Part shown: positions 1 through 9,613 of the stretch, piece after piece
Layout: each line of letters opens with the position of its first letter
Position numbering within the stretch: the first letter of the stretch is position 1
Source of the DNA: Desulfosoma sp.
GTDB taxonomy: Bacteria > Desulfobacterota > Syntrophobacteria > Syntrophobacterales > DSM-9756
Assembly: GCA_037481835.1 (NCBI GenBank)
Contig: JBBFKW010000002.1
Location: forward strand, 1 to 64,000
Direction of reading: 5' to 3'
DNA length: 64,000 nucleotides
Notes under the pieces: model-generated
Told to the model about the DNA's origin: nothing
Seen by the model: the letters and a program-made list of their open reading frames with translations, nothing else
Databases searched by the model: none
Position numbers and translations under genes: made by a program

Positions 1-372
1 GGCATCTTGCGAAATGCACCCCCATGTTGTTCGCTCTTAAGTCAACAGCATTGGGTGCCCAACCCGGTGACCCTTGCGGCATCTCGCCTCCCTGACGTAA
101 GATCCGTTAGTTCCCGACCGCGTCAAAACTTTTTCTTTAAGGAATTCTCTGCGACATCCAAAGCTTGCTTTTAGGATGTGGATCTTTCTCGGGCTCGCGA
201 AATCCTTTAGGCGATTCCATTCCGACAATGGTCGATAATTTCCTTAAAGGAATTGGATCAGCATGACGACTTATTCAATGGGAAAATGTGGCTGAGGAAA
301 GAGACTCTCGCCGAAAGAGGGCAAATTCCTAAAGCTAAGATGACCGCCACTCAACCCCAGAAGGAGCCGGAA

Positions 373-894
373 GTGTTATCCAGTGCAGGCACTCAACGGA
401 CAAGGGCGGGGCGCCGCAGAGCTTTGGAGGACAACGTCTCCCGTCTAAGGCAGACGCTTGGGTTTACGTTGGTAGAGCTCATGATCACCGTAGCCATTCT
501 GGCGATCTTGGGTGCGGTGGCCATCCCGGCCTATGTCAATTATGTGAACCGCGCGCGGCAAAGCGAGGCGATCCTCGCCCTCATGAACGTGAAAATGGAC
601 CAGGAGATTTTCTGGGATGATCACAACCGTTATGCGGGAACGATCAGTTGCCTCCCATCCTTTGGCAACGACTGTTCGGCCGGAACGGCGCGCACGACGG
701 CAAGCGGCTACCGGATCACGGTGCAAAATGCGGCGGCGAGCACCTTCAGGGCACAGGCCTTTAAGAAAATTTACAACTACGCCGCAACCGACATCATCGA
801 ACTCTCTGTAACGGCCGATACGCCCAACGCGGTTCCAGAAGTAAAGAACCCGGATGCCATAGCGTTTTCCATTTTTAAATGGATCTTCGACTAA
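373..894 (+). CDS. pilE: Type IV minor pilin, PilE-like (cluster 1)
   Basis: Class III signal G|FTLVELMITVAILAILGAVAIPAY followed by RARQSEA..L, typical of PilE. GTG at 373 follows AAGGAG; ORF is open from 253, so start is uncertain. Confidence 0.88.
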   Translation: MLSSAGTQRTRAGRRRALEDNVSRLRQTLGFTLVELMITVAILAILGAVAIPAYVNYVNRARQSEAILALMNVKMDQEIFWDDHNRYAGTISCLPSFGNDCSAGTARTTASGYRITVQNAAASTFRAQAFKKIYNYAATDIIELSVTADTPNAVPEVKNPDAIAFSIFKWIFD

Positions 895-1679
895 TGGGAA
901 ACATGACAAAAACCAAAACCCGAAGTTTTCGTCTTGCCATCAGCGGGCTTTTTCTGTGCCTGTGTTTGGTGGGCTGCTCTTCGTCCGTTTCCCAGGAATC
1001 GCTCAAGTCCTCCAAGGTTGTGCATGGGGCGCGGCCCGTCGCGGAAAGGCAGGGCGGCAACTCGGGTTTGGTTTCCAACGGTAAGGAGAGTGTCGAAAAG
1101 TCTTCTCCTAAGCCAACGAGGCTCTCGTTGAGATTTGACCCTCCGCAGCCGGTCACGGGGGATACCTTGCGGGCCGTGGTGGACTTTGGAAAAGGCGGCG
1201 AACCCACAGACTCTTCTCTTGTTGTCCGCTGGACGGTGAACGGCAAGGAATTGGAACAAACGGGCGAAACCTTGGAACATGATTTGGTTTACGGAGATTT
1301 TGTCACGGCCACGGCTGAGCTCATGGGCACCGGTAATCAGCCTCGGCGTGTTTCGGCCTCTGTGGTGGTGGGGAATGCCCCCCCGGTCGTTTCAGTCCTC
1401 GATGAGACGCTTAAAGAGGGCGAGTTTTCCGCCACGGTGGACATCAGGGACCCAGAGGGTGACCCTGTGATCGTAGACCTTTCGGAAGGCCCTGAAGGGA
1501 TGTTCTGGAATGACGAGATGAAAGCCATCCAATGGCGGCCTGCGCCGTCTCAGAGGGGGGTGTTCCACGTGAAGCTGGAAGCCAAAGATCCCGCCGGAAA
1601 CGCGGGAGCATACAGTTTCGATGTCACGGTAACCGAACCTGAAGGCGGAGCGCCCTCCAGGGAGGGGACACGGCCATGA
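894..1679 (+). CDS. Lipoprotein with Ig/cadherin-like (putative Ig) domains
   Basis: Lipobox LVG|C; GNAPPV and DPEGDPV..L..GPEGM...WRP motifs of He_PIG/cadherin-like domains; TAATG overlap with pilE stop. Confidence 0.75.
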   Translation: MGNMTKTKTRSFRLAISGLFLCLCLVGCSSSVSQESLKSSKVVHGARPVAERQGGNSGLVSNGKESVEKSSPKPTRLSLRFDPPQPVTGDTLRAVVDFGKGGEPTDSSLVVRWTVNGKELEQTGETLEHDLVYGDFVTATAELMGTGNQPRRVSASVVVGNAPPVVSVLDETLKEGEFSATVDIRDPEGDPVIVDLSEGPEGMFWNDEMKAIQWRPAPSQRGVFHVKLEAKDPAGNAGAYSFDVTVTEPEGGAPSREGTRP

Positions 1680-2194
1680 AGGGGCACACCCGCGCGCAGG
1701 GTTTTACACTGGTGGAATTGATGATCACTGTGGCCATTGTGGGCATTTTACTCAAATTGGTGGGCTGGGGCCTTGCCGGTATGACGGCGTATGAAGACGT
1801 GCGCACGGCCGCTCGCGGACTGGAGACCGTTTTCCAAGAAGCCAAGGCCCTCGCTTACGAAAAGGGCGTGCCGCACTCCGTCGTCTTCCTTGACGGCGGA
1901 CGAGAATACCGGCTGTTTCGAGATGACAACGGCAATGACAACAGGACGGAACCCACCGACGGCGATTGCCGAAGAAACGCCGATGAGCCGTGGATCCATA
2001 ACCAGGCGCTCTCCTCCCGTGTGGCTATCGATAATAACACCTTGCCGAAGAACGCCGACAACAACCCCTGTGTTTCCTTTCGGGCCGACGGTCGGGTTGC
2101 GAGCGGTTCGGAAGGTCATGTAATTTTCAAAGGTTCGAGCGGCGAAACCCTTACGGTTTCCATCAATGCTCTGGGGTGGGTCAATGTGGAATAG
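1676..2194 (+). CDS. fimT: FimT/FimU (GspH-like) minor pilin, cluster 1
   Basis: QG|FTLVELMITVAIVGIL; C-terminal F..DGR and INALG.V typical of GspH/FimT. Confidence 0.85.
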   Translation: MKGHTRAQGFTLVELMITVAIVGILLKLVGWGLAGMTAYEDVRTAARGLETVFQEAKALAYEKGVPHSVVFLDGGREYRLFRDDNGNDNRTEPTDGDCRRNADEPWIHNQALSSRVAIDNNTLPKNADNNPCVSFRADGRVASGSEGHVIFKGSSGETLTVSINALGWVNVE

Positions 2195-2627
2195 GTTCGT
2201 CGTGATCAGATTGCGGCCCCGTGACCATGCTCTCGGAAAACGGGGGTTCACCCTGGTCGAAGTCCTCGTCTCGCTGATGGTCCTCGGCGTTGCCCTGATG
2301 TCCTTGTGGGGATTCCATTGGACGTCGCATCGGGTCAACATGAAGGCTAAGAGGGAAGCGACGGCTTTGATGCTAGCAAACGAGAAACTTGAAGAACTCC
2401 GTCGAGCGGCGAGTGCGGGGCAATCCATAGACAATGAGACGGGAACGGAAGCCCTGGACAATCAGACAAAAACCGGAATGCCGGATGGAGTCGTTTTTAT
2501 TAGACAAACGAGCATCGCGACAGACGCCGTGAACGATTGGAGGGCGAATGTCACTGTATCGGTTCGATGGACAGAACAGCGGGGTGAAGAAGGCCAGGTG
2601 GTTTTGCAAACCGTCGTGGCCCCATAA
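2184..2627 (+). CDS. pilV: PilV-like minor pilin, cluster 1
   Basis: RG|FTLVEVLVSL; A..LA.EKLEEL and VTVSVRW motifs; gene position. Confidence 0.82.
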   Translation: MWNRFVVIRLRPRDHALGKRGFTLVEVLVSLMVLGVALMSLWGFHWTSHRVNMKAKREATALMLANEKLEELRRAASAGQSIDNETGTEALDNQTKTGMPDGVVFIRQTSIATDAVNDWRANVTVSVRWTEQRGEEGQVVLQTVVAP

Positions 2628-2646
2628 CTCGCAAGGTTCCAACACC

Positions 2647-3690
2647 TTGGGTCATGCCCCCGTCTTGCCGGATGGAGGGACAAGGGGGTGGAGCTTCGGC
2701 ATGACCCTTGTGGAGTTGATGGTGGCGCTTGCCATCACGGCCTTGGTCATGGCCGCGGCGGTCGGCATCTTCACTTCCCAGCACCGAAACTACGTGCGTG
2801 ACCGATCCGAAAAAGAAATCATCCAAGATGGGGTCGATGTTTTAAAAGCCCTCCAAACGGATCTCCTGGAAGCGGGGTGGTCCGTCCGGCCGAACATGGC
2901 GTTTCTTGTGGTAGATGGCGGCCCGAGCGGTTCGGACCGGATTTTCATCAATGATGTGGATCTCATTGACCCCGTGCGCCACGCGACGAGGATGATCGAG
3001 GCGGCCGAGTGCCCTGGATGTTTGAGGATCGCCGCCATTTCGGGTTCGACCATAACCGTGGACGACCCTTGGGAGTCCTCGCCCTATCCGGATGAAGTCC
3101 TCGACATCAATGGAGACAATCAGACCGATTTCACGGACAACGGCACCGACTTTTTTGTCATCAGCGACGGGACGGACCCTGCCAAAAAGGTTGCCTCTGT
3201 GACCGCCGTAGCCAATACCCAATTGACCCTGTCATCCCCTATCGACGGCTCACTCATGGCTCCGGCCGTGGCTTACTGCATCGACAACGGGACCTCCACC
3301 TCGGTCTGTCATCCTTCTGGATCCAGGGAAAGGTTCGTGCTTCGCCGCAGTGACCGAACCACTCAGGGCCGGCTGCTTCCCATTGCGGAAAATATTGTGG
3401 ACCTTCAGGTCACCTACCAAGACGATAATGGAAATTGGTACGGGGAAGCCGGCTGTGCAGGCTCCGGCGCCGGGTCGAACTTTTGCACTCGCAAGCCGTT
3501 CGAACCTCATCACATTCGCCTGCTTCGGGTGAGTGTGGTGCTCCGGAGTCCCAAAAAGGACAAGGACCGCGCAAACGATCCCGCTTATTGCCGTCCTGCC
3601 GTGGCCAATCGACAAGCCGGTTCGGGTCCCGATGAATGCGGCTATCGTTATAAAGTGCACACCCTCGTCATTCATCCTCGAAATACCTAG
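2647..3690 (+). CDS. pilW: PilW-like minor pilin, cluster 1
   Basis: G|MTLVELMVAL; DLLEAG, IAENIVDLQVTY and C-terminal PRN motifs. TTG start chosen; ORF is open from 2548. Confidence 0.85.
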   Translation: MGHAPVLPDGGTRGWSFGMTLVELMVALAITALVMAAAVGIFTSQHRNYVRDRSEKEIIQDGVDVLKALQTDLLEAGWSVRPNMAFLVVDGGPSGSDRIFINDVDLIDPVRHATRMIEAAECPGCLRIAAISGSTITVDDPWESSPYPDEVLDINGDNQTDFTDNGTDFFVISDGTDPAKKVASVTAVANTQLTLSSPIDGSLMAPAVAYCIDNGTSTSVCHPSGSRERFVLRRSDRTTQGRLLPIAENIVDLQVTYQDDNGNWYGEAGCAGSGAGSNFCTRKPFEPHHIRLLRVSVVLRSPKKDKDRANDPAYCRPAVANRQAGSGPDECGYRYKVHTLVIHPRNT

Positions 3691-3704
3691 GAGGCTTTTT
3701 GACA

Positions 3705-4271
3705 ATGAAAACCCAAAAAAAAAACGCCGACCCCCATGACAATGTGATTCGGTCAACCGCAGGAAGGCTCGTCCTGAAAAACGAACAGGGCATGGCCATG
3801 GTGCTGACGATCTCGGCGGTGGCCTTGCTGAGCCTCCTCGGGGTTTGGCTCGTCATGCAAAGCGGCGCCACGCATCGGATCACTCAATCCGTGGAACGGC
3901 GCGAAGGAACCTTCAATCTCGCCGAAGGCGCCCTTCAACTCAGTTGGCATTGCCTCCAGACCGAGTCCAATGAGAAAATCCTCAAGGATCTTAAGAAAAA
4001 TCAAGACGTGACCCCACCTGCCAGCCTTGTCCCCTACATGCAGTCGGATCAGAAAGTGGACAACCAGACGAAAGATTCGAGAACCCTGACCCCGCGTCTT
4101 TTTTTCTTGGATTCCCAAACCGTGGCGGGATGGGATATGAATAAATTCCGAGGATATTATTACTTGGCCCAAGGGCTGGGTCTGGAAAACCTTCCCGACA
4201 AAAAAGGCGGACCCGCCCGATCCGAAGTGGTGATGTTCGTCCAAAAGGTCGGGCAGGTCCGGTCCCGCTGA
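3705..4271 (+). CDS. pilX: PilX-like minor pilin, cluster 1
   Basis: NEQG|MAMVLTI lacking Glu5; TFNLAEGAL motif; AGGAGG RBS. Confidence 0.82.
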   Translation: MKTQKKNADPHDNVIRSTAGRLVLKNEQGMAMVLTISAVALLSLLGVWLVMQSGATHRITQSVERREGTFNLAEGALQLSWHCLQTESNEKILKDLKKNQDVTPPASLVPYMQSDQKVDNQTKDSRTLTPRLFFLDSQTVAGWDMNKFRGYYYLAQGLGLENLPDKKGGPARSEVVMFVQKVGQVRSR

Positions 4272-4289
4272 TCGTGCAAAACGTTTAAT

Positions 4290-7200
4290 CTATTGCTGCT
4301 GCTTCCAGCCGCTTTTTTCCACGGGAGAGGGCAGATCCACTTTCAAGCGGTGGATTTCCCCGTTGCTCGTCTGGATGAAAAGATACTCCCCGGATGAATC
4401 CATAACGGGGCGGCTGGGCATCCCCTCGCCCAGTTTCAACACGTAAGCTTGCACCTGCCCCCCATCTTTCACCTCGGTATACTCGCCGCTTTGCAGCTGA
4501 TCCGGTGTTTTATTCACCTTGGCGAACCCCGATTTTTGGAAGGGATCGAGAGTCATGGGCCGGCACAGGTAATCGACTGCATAGAGGTAAGCGTCACCGC
4601 CGGCAGCGCAGGGATCGTCCTTGGGGACAAACGTGGTGAAGAATACGACTCCGCCCGCAACCAAGGCCGAGTCGACGACCCGCTCTCCCGCGATGGATAG
4701 ATCCTTCACACAGCTCCAGCAGGATCCCGAGCAAGACCCTTCGCAGCAATCCGGGCTGCCGTCGGCTTTGACCCAGTCACACCCGTTGAGAAATGTGGAA
4801 GAGGCGCATCGGAAAGAGGCTGTTATGTTGAGGCCGTGATAACTAATTCCACCGCTGAAGGTGTTCGGCCGGGTGGCGTTGTCATGAATGGCGTAGAAGG
4901 ACATGGTGGCGGTGTCGGTCTTGTCGTTAGAACCGCCGACGGCATTGTCGAATTTTCCCGTTCCAAAGTACAGCCAAAGGTTCTTGTACGGATCAAGGGT
5001 GGCCACGGGCATCACGGTCATGGGTTGGCGGTTGGAACGATAGATATTTGTTCCCGTTGGGGCGGGTTTGGTTTTGCTGACGCTCAGGTGCATTCCCGGC
5101 GGCGAAGCATCGAAATTGAGCTTCAAGGTGTAGAAGTTTCCGTTGAGATCCCCGAAAGCCAGATAATCCACATATCCGTCGTTGGCCACGAACCCCTGCG
5201 CATCCCAGAGATCCAAGGCCACGGGATCCCCCAGAGCATAAGGAATGGTGTTCGTTCCCGATGTGACTCTCGGCCATTGGGCCTCCCAAGTTTTGACGAT
5301 CTTGGGCCAGAGGTACTGAAAAATGTTAATGCCTTTTTCGATGTCGATCGCCAAGAAATTGGGGCGCAGGACAGCCGTCGTGGCATTGTCGCTCAGCGAC
5401 GCCGGAAGTTCCACGGATGGTTTGAACGTCCGCGGCGATGCTCCGAGAAAAGCGAACCATCCGCTCAGAGCATCGAGGCCGCGGCACGAAGAGGACAAGG
5501 AGGGGCTTCCCGCATCCAGAGACTCCACCCGTGGCTTGGTTTCGAAACACACGCCGTTGGGCACGCTCAGGGCCCCCACGTAAGGGACGGTCCAGGAAAC
5601 GGGCATGGCAGCCAACTGATCATAGACGGCCTTGTCGAGGAACGGCATTTCCCCGGTGCTCGCATCCATGACGAAGTTCCGCAATACCGGGTATTCCCAA
5701 AGGACTTTCGGAGCGTCGGGGTCGGTGACGTCGACGGCGAAATACACATCGCCGCCTCCTCGCTCGCCACCGATCAAGACCGTCCGCCATTCGCGGGTTC
5801 CATTCCCGTCATGATCGATGAAAACATCCCAGGCGACGGGAGAGAGGTCCACCATGGTTCGATGGGCGCACCCCGATGGATGGCCGTAGTCGCACTTGGC
5901 TAAGCTTTTGAGCTCAGGGAGGAGATTGCTGGGCACATAGGCCCAGAGTTCTTTGCCGATTTGCGATCCCAAGGTCCCATTGTCCGGGTCGTAGACCCAC
6001 TTGGAGGTGTTGTTATCCCACACACCGACGACAAAGGCATGAAGCATGCCGTCGTTGGCCCCCACATAAACCATTTTTTTTCGTGTGCTTTGTTTTTGGC
6101 GGAAACAGTAAAAACATTTCTCCGCACATGCGTCGACTTCCGTTTGCATGCCTGTGCAGGTGCAGGAGCAATCCCCCGCAAGGTGAGGATTCACGGAACT
6201 GATGGACGGAGGCCCCACAACCACAGGGGTGGAATAGACGATGTCCCCCAGCGGCCACCCGTGGCGATCCCGAGCCTGATCTTTCCAAAATGTGTCCCAT
6301 TCGCCGCGGAGCCATCGGATCAAGTTCCCGGAATCGTCTGCAGCGCTTCCATCGCCGTCAAAGTCGATATCGTTCGCCAAGACCGCTTCAAGAGTGCCCG
6401 AATTGGAGGGGAGCCCTGAGTAGAATGAAGTGTTGCAGGAGGATGTCCCATCGTCCAGTTTGGTCATGGTTCCGTCGATCATCGTGAAAAGGCACCGTTT
6501 ATTGGGGTCTCCATCCTTCAAAACTTTTCCGGCATCCCAGCAGGAGCCATAGGTGAATCCGGGATCGGAGCAGAACTTTCCCTTGTTCTCGGTCCTCTGA
6601 AAGCTGTATAGGGTCCCCGTGCATTGTCCGAGATACCATTGGCACCCGGTATAACTCTGACATGTGGCATTATCGGTAATATCTGTACAGTTGTCGGGCC
6701 AGTAGGCTTCCAAGTGCCCTTTCCATGCATAAATGCTGGGGTTGTCCTCGTAGGCGGTGAAAGCGCCGCGAATAACGAGATCCTGGCCCAACACTTCCTG
6801 AGTGACAGTGGCGACAGCGCCGGCGCTGCCCGCCTTGGCCAGGATGGCAAGCATGGCTTTTTCCAATTTTTGTTCCAGTTCCAGGGGGTTGGCCACGAAG
6901 AAATAATTGTCCGGAACACCGTCTCCGTCCTTGTCCCACTCGTTTTGGAGATCCGGCTTGTTGTTTCCGTTCATGTCGTCGAAACCGCCCCACTTGGCGG
7001 CGTACCATAGTGGATTCTTGAGGGTCTGTGCGGGATCGCCCGAAACGGTGAATGTCTTGGACCATGTCTTCGGCAATCCCGCGACGACGCTCGATGTGTC
7101 AGCATCCGCGCTATCTGGCACATCCGTGTCTTTGACAGGCAGATAGAGACCGTCCTCATTTGTTCCGGAAATAACGAATCCCAGAACCTGATCGATGCAC

Positions 7201-9356
7201 CCGGCGGCGTATTGTGAATTCAGGGTGACCTTGACTTGATTGGATCCAACGGGTTCAATTTCGTAAGTGACCATGGAATCCATATCATGATCGGCACCCT
7301 GTTCCACGTCCTCGAAGTTGACCCGAAACTTGGCGTAGGTGAGGTGCGAGGCGTTGTCATAGGTGACGGTATCCACATAAAAGTCCACGATTTGATTTGA
7401 TGGGCAATAGGCGTCTGACGAGCACGAGGCGATCTTGAGCCCGTGGGTGTCAGTCGTCAGAGTGCACTTTGCCGCGCACGCCGTTTTCACGCCCAGGCAG
7501 CCGCTGGCGGATTTCCCCACAGGGACCAAGCGCACGAACTGGTCGCCCACTTTGACGTTGATGTCGGGAATGGGGGACGACATGGCCACGGCATAAGTGG
7601 TCACGTCTGGAATCCCAGCATCTTGAGTGATCCCGGTTTTTCCGTAATAAGCCACGGCTGCTGAGTAGAAACTTCCCTGCTTGGTGGGTTCTTCCGGGCA
7701 CAATCCGCGTATGGAACTCAGATTGGCGATGGTTTTGGACGAGCAGACGAAGTCGTAAAGATTGCCGCTTTGCCCGATAAAAAAGTCCTGATTTTGAAGA
7801 CCTTCCGATGTTCCTATCAGGTTGGCCAGCGTGCTCACATTCAATCCGGACAGATCCCCGGTAAAGGAACCAAAGGTACTCGAAACACCGGGAATCTGGT
7901 TGGAATCGTAACTTGGGTTGATGTCGCTGAGGACCAAGAGGTTGGGTTTTGAACAATCGGGAAAGAGATCAAAAGGGTGAAGCTCATCATTTCCTTTCTG
8001 GATGAACCAGTCGGGCTTGGATAAGTTCAGCCCGGCGTCATCATTGCCGCTGTATGTGAAGGCGCCCGTCGGAGCGCTCTTGCCGACAATGAAGCGCAGG
8101 GCCTCATACATCATTTCGCCGACAGGATTTCCCCACATGCGGCATTCGCCCTCGTTCAAGGCGTGGTCCGTGATCCACCCGCATGTACCCCCGGCGCTCG
8201 CTTGGTAAGAAAAATCGGAATAACGGAAACCGACGGGTTTCATCCGGTCCATTGTCAGGACAATATTGCCTTGAACGTTTTCCGAACTTTGAAAGCTTCC
8301 CGACTGGGTGTTGATTTCATCCATGACCGTCCAAATATTTTTTCGAAGAACCCCGCCGCTGAGGTTCTTTAGGTAAGATCCGGTGAGCAAGCCGATGTAA
8401 AGGGGACTGCGAAACACGCAGAGTCCCTCGCCCGTGCCGCAATCGGCGTCCGTCTGGCAACTTTTATAGGTCTTGGAGCACATCTTGCTGCCGTCCCCTT
8501 CGCCGTATTTTTGCAAGAGACCGACGGGCTTTGGAGTGGTTCCCCCTCCTGGATAGAGTTTACAATAGTTTCTTTCTAACCCCTGTTGGTAAGCCGTACT
8601 GCAAACCTGGACTCGGACGATATAATCCGATATATCAGCTCTTGTTCCTACCGGCCCATGGCGATAGGCAGCTGGAGTTTCCGGCCCGCTGCACACAGCC
8701 CGTTCCGTCGTGGCCCATTCCCAGATGCGGTGGCTATCATTAAGGGCGACGCGAATTTTGTGAGGCTCGCCAGCTCCTGTGCTTGTAACGCAGAAAAGGT
8801 GGCGTTTTCCTGAATCCGGAGGATTGAAGGGGGTGAGGTTTCTCGTATCGCTGGCGCTGTATTCCTTTCCCCAACTGTGCGCGTCCTGGGGGATGTACAC
8901 CCCCTCAAGGACCGTCTCACTAGAACTGTCTGTGGAGCGGTGCCCTCCGTAGAGGACGCGTCGCAATACATCCATGCGGGACATGGAGAGCCAGTTGAGG
9001 AAATTGCCGCTCCATTCGTCGGCTCCTCCACAGTACTTATTCGCCGTATAACGGGTAGGAACGAACTTGGCCTGACCGGAACTCTGATATTGGTAGCATT
9101 TGTACGGGTCGAAATAACCAAAATAATCTATGGAGTGCTTATAGCCCACATCCAGCTTACCGTCACCATCCAAGTCCTGAGCATCGTTATACGCTTCATA
9201 GTAAAGTTTATGGTCCCTTTCCATGACCATCATCACCATGGGGTTGGCGCCGGCCGAGACGAAAGGGGGGGGATCGCACGATGGGGAATAGGCCTGAGCT
9301 GGGGTGAGAAAGGTGAGAAAACAAAAAACCGCCTCAAAAAGCCCTGCTTTCCTCAT
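4290..9356 (-). CDS. pilY1: PilY1/PilC type IV pilus tip adhesin, Cys-rich, 1688 aa
   Basis: Signal peptide (AQA); LGDIVYSTP, VYVGANDGMLHAF, ELWAYVP, YFGTGK and VFFTTF beta-propeller motifs; GGAGG RBS. Confidence 0.93.
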   Translation of the reverse strand: MRKAGLFEAVFCFLTFLTPAQAYSPSCDPPPFVSAGANPMVMMVMERDHKLYYEAYNDAQDLDGDGKLDVGYKHSIDYFGYFDPYKCYQYQSSGQAKFVPTRYTANKYCGGADEWSGNFLNWLSMSRMDVLRRVLYGGHRSTDSSSETVLEGVYIPQDAHSWGKEYSASDTRNLTPFNPPDSGKRHLFCVTSTGAGEPHKIRVALNDSHRIWEWATTERAVCSGPETPAAYRHGPVGTRADISDYIVRVQVCSTAYQQGLERNYCKLYPGGGTTPKPVGLLQKYGEGDGSKMCSKTYKSCQTDADCGTGEGLCVFRSPLYIGLLTGSYLKNLSGGVLRKNIWTVMDEINTQSGSFQSSENVQGNIVLTMDRMKPVGFRYSDFSYQASAGGTCGWITDHALNEGECRMWGNPVGEMMYEALRFIVGKSAPTGAFTYSGNDDAGLNLSKPDWFIQKGNDELHPFDLFPDCSKPNLLVLSDINPSYDSNQIPGVSSTFGSFTGDLSGLNVSTLANLIGTSEGLQNQDFFIGQSGNLYDFVCSSKTIANLSSIRGLCPEEPTKQGSFYSAAVAYYGKTGITQDAGIPDVTTYAVAMSSPIPDINVKVGDQFVRLVPVGKSASGCLGVKTACAAKCTLTTDTHGLKIASCSSDAYCPSNQIVDFYVDTVTYDNASHLTYAKFRVNFEDVEQGADHDMDSMVTYEIEPVGSNQVKVTLNSQYAAGCIDQVLGFVISGTNEDGLYLPVKDTDVPDSADADTSSVVAGLPKTWSKTFTVSGDPAQTLKNPLWYAAKWGGFDDMNGNNKPDLQNEWDKDGDGVPDNYFFVANPLELEQKLEKAMLAILAKAGSAGAVATVTQEVLGQDLVIRGAFTAYEDNPSIYAWKGHLEAYWPDNCTDITDNATCQSYTGCQWYLGQCTGTLYSFQRTENKGKFCSDPGFTYGSCWDAGKVLKDGDPNKRCLFTMIDGTMTKLDDGTSSCNTSFYSGLPSNSGTLEAVLANDIDFDGDGSAADDSGNLIRWLRGEWDTFWKDQARDRHGWPLGDIVYSTPVVVGPPSISSVNPHLAGDCSCTCTGMQTEVDACAEKCFYCFRQKQSTRKKMVYVGANDGMLHAFVVGVWDNNTSKWVYDPDNGTLGSQIGKELWAYVPSNLLPELKSLAKCDYGHPSGCAHRTMVDLSPVAWDVFIDHDGNGTREWRTVLIGGERGGGDVYFAVDVTDPDAPKVLWEYPVLRNFVMDASTGEMPFLDKAVYDQLAAMPVSWTVPYVGALSVPNGVCFETKPRVESLDAGSPSLSSSCRGLDALSGWFAFLGASPRTFKPSVELPASLSDNATTAVLRPNFLAIDIEKGINIFQYLWPKIVKTWEAQWPRVTSGTNTIPYALGDPVALDLWDAQGFVANDGYVDYLAFGDLNGNFYTLKLNFDASPPGMHLSVSKTKPAPTGTNIYRSNRQPMTVMPVATLDPYKNLWLYFGTGKFDNAVGGSNDKTDTATMSFYAIHDNATRPNTFSGGISYHGLNITASFRCASSTFLNGCDWVKADGSPDCCEGSCSGSCWSCVKDLSIAGERVVDSALVAGGVVFFTTFVPKDDPCAAGGDAYLYAVDYLCRPMTLDPFQKSGFAKVNKTPDQLQSGEYTEVKDGGQVQAYVLKLGEGMPSRPVMDSSGEYLFIQTSNGEIHRLKVDLPSPVEKSGWKQQQ

Positions 9357-9484
9357 AGCCGATCCTCCCTATCTCATGGGATGTCAGGATGCCGACTCGC
9401 GTCACGATGGAAACTCGAACGTCCCAGTGAGGACAACGCCGCACCTCGGGCGGGGCCCCCTAGTCTTAGGAATCCTCATGTAAG

Positions 9485-9512
9485 GTATCGGCAGATTTTT
9501 TGTAAAAAATAA
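9485..9512 (-). promoter_or_regulatory. Possible sigma28 promoter for pilY1 (cluster 1)
   Basis: Minus strand TTAT-N16-GCCGATAC; good -10, weak -35. Confidence 0.4.
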
Positions 9513-9613
9513 ATCTTTTTCGCTGTTGCGGGCAAAAAATTTTTTCATGTTTCACGCGTGACCATGTTATGAAATTAAATAACATCCACTACCATGGTGT
9601 ATCCGAGGGCGCA

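Noticed and set aside
1..372. c-di-GMP/cGAMP (GEMM) riboswitch upstream of pil genes, as in Geobacter
   Set aside because: I could not find the P2 GNRA loop with GGAAA/GCAAA junction and receptor here or at 9357-9613 on either strand; an Rfam scan would settle it.
9265..9272. C8 tract near the pilY1-1 start as a pilC-like phase switch
   Set aside because: Encodes a Pro-Pro-Pro-Phe stretch, and 8-mers occur elsewhere in the window (for example 22016-22023).
4272..9570. pilY1-1 as an invertible (shufflon-like) segment
   Set aside because: No matching inverted repeats seen at the two ends and no recombinase gene in the window.
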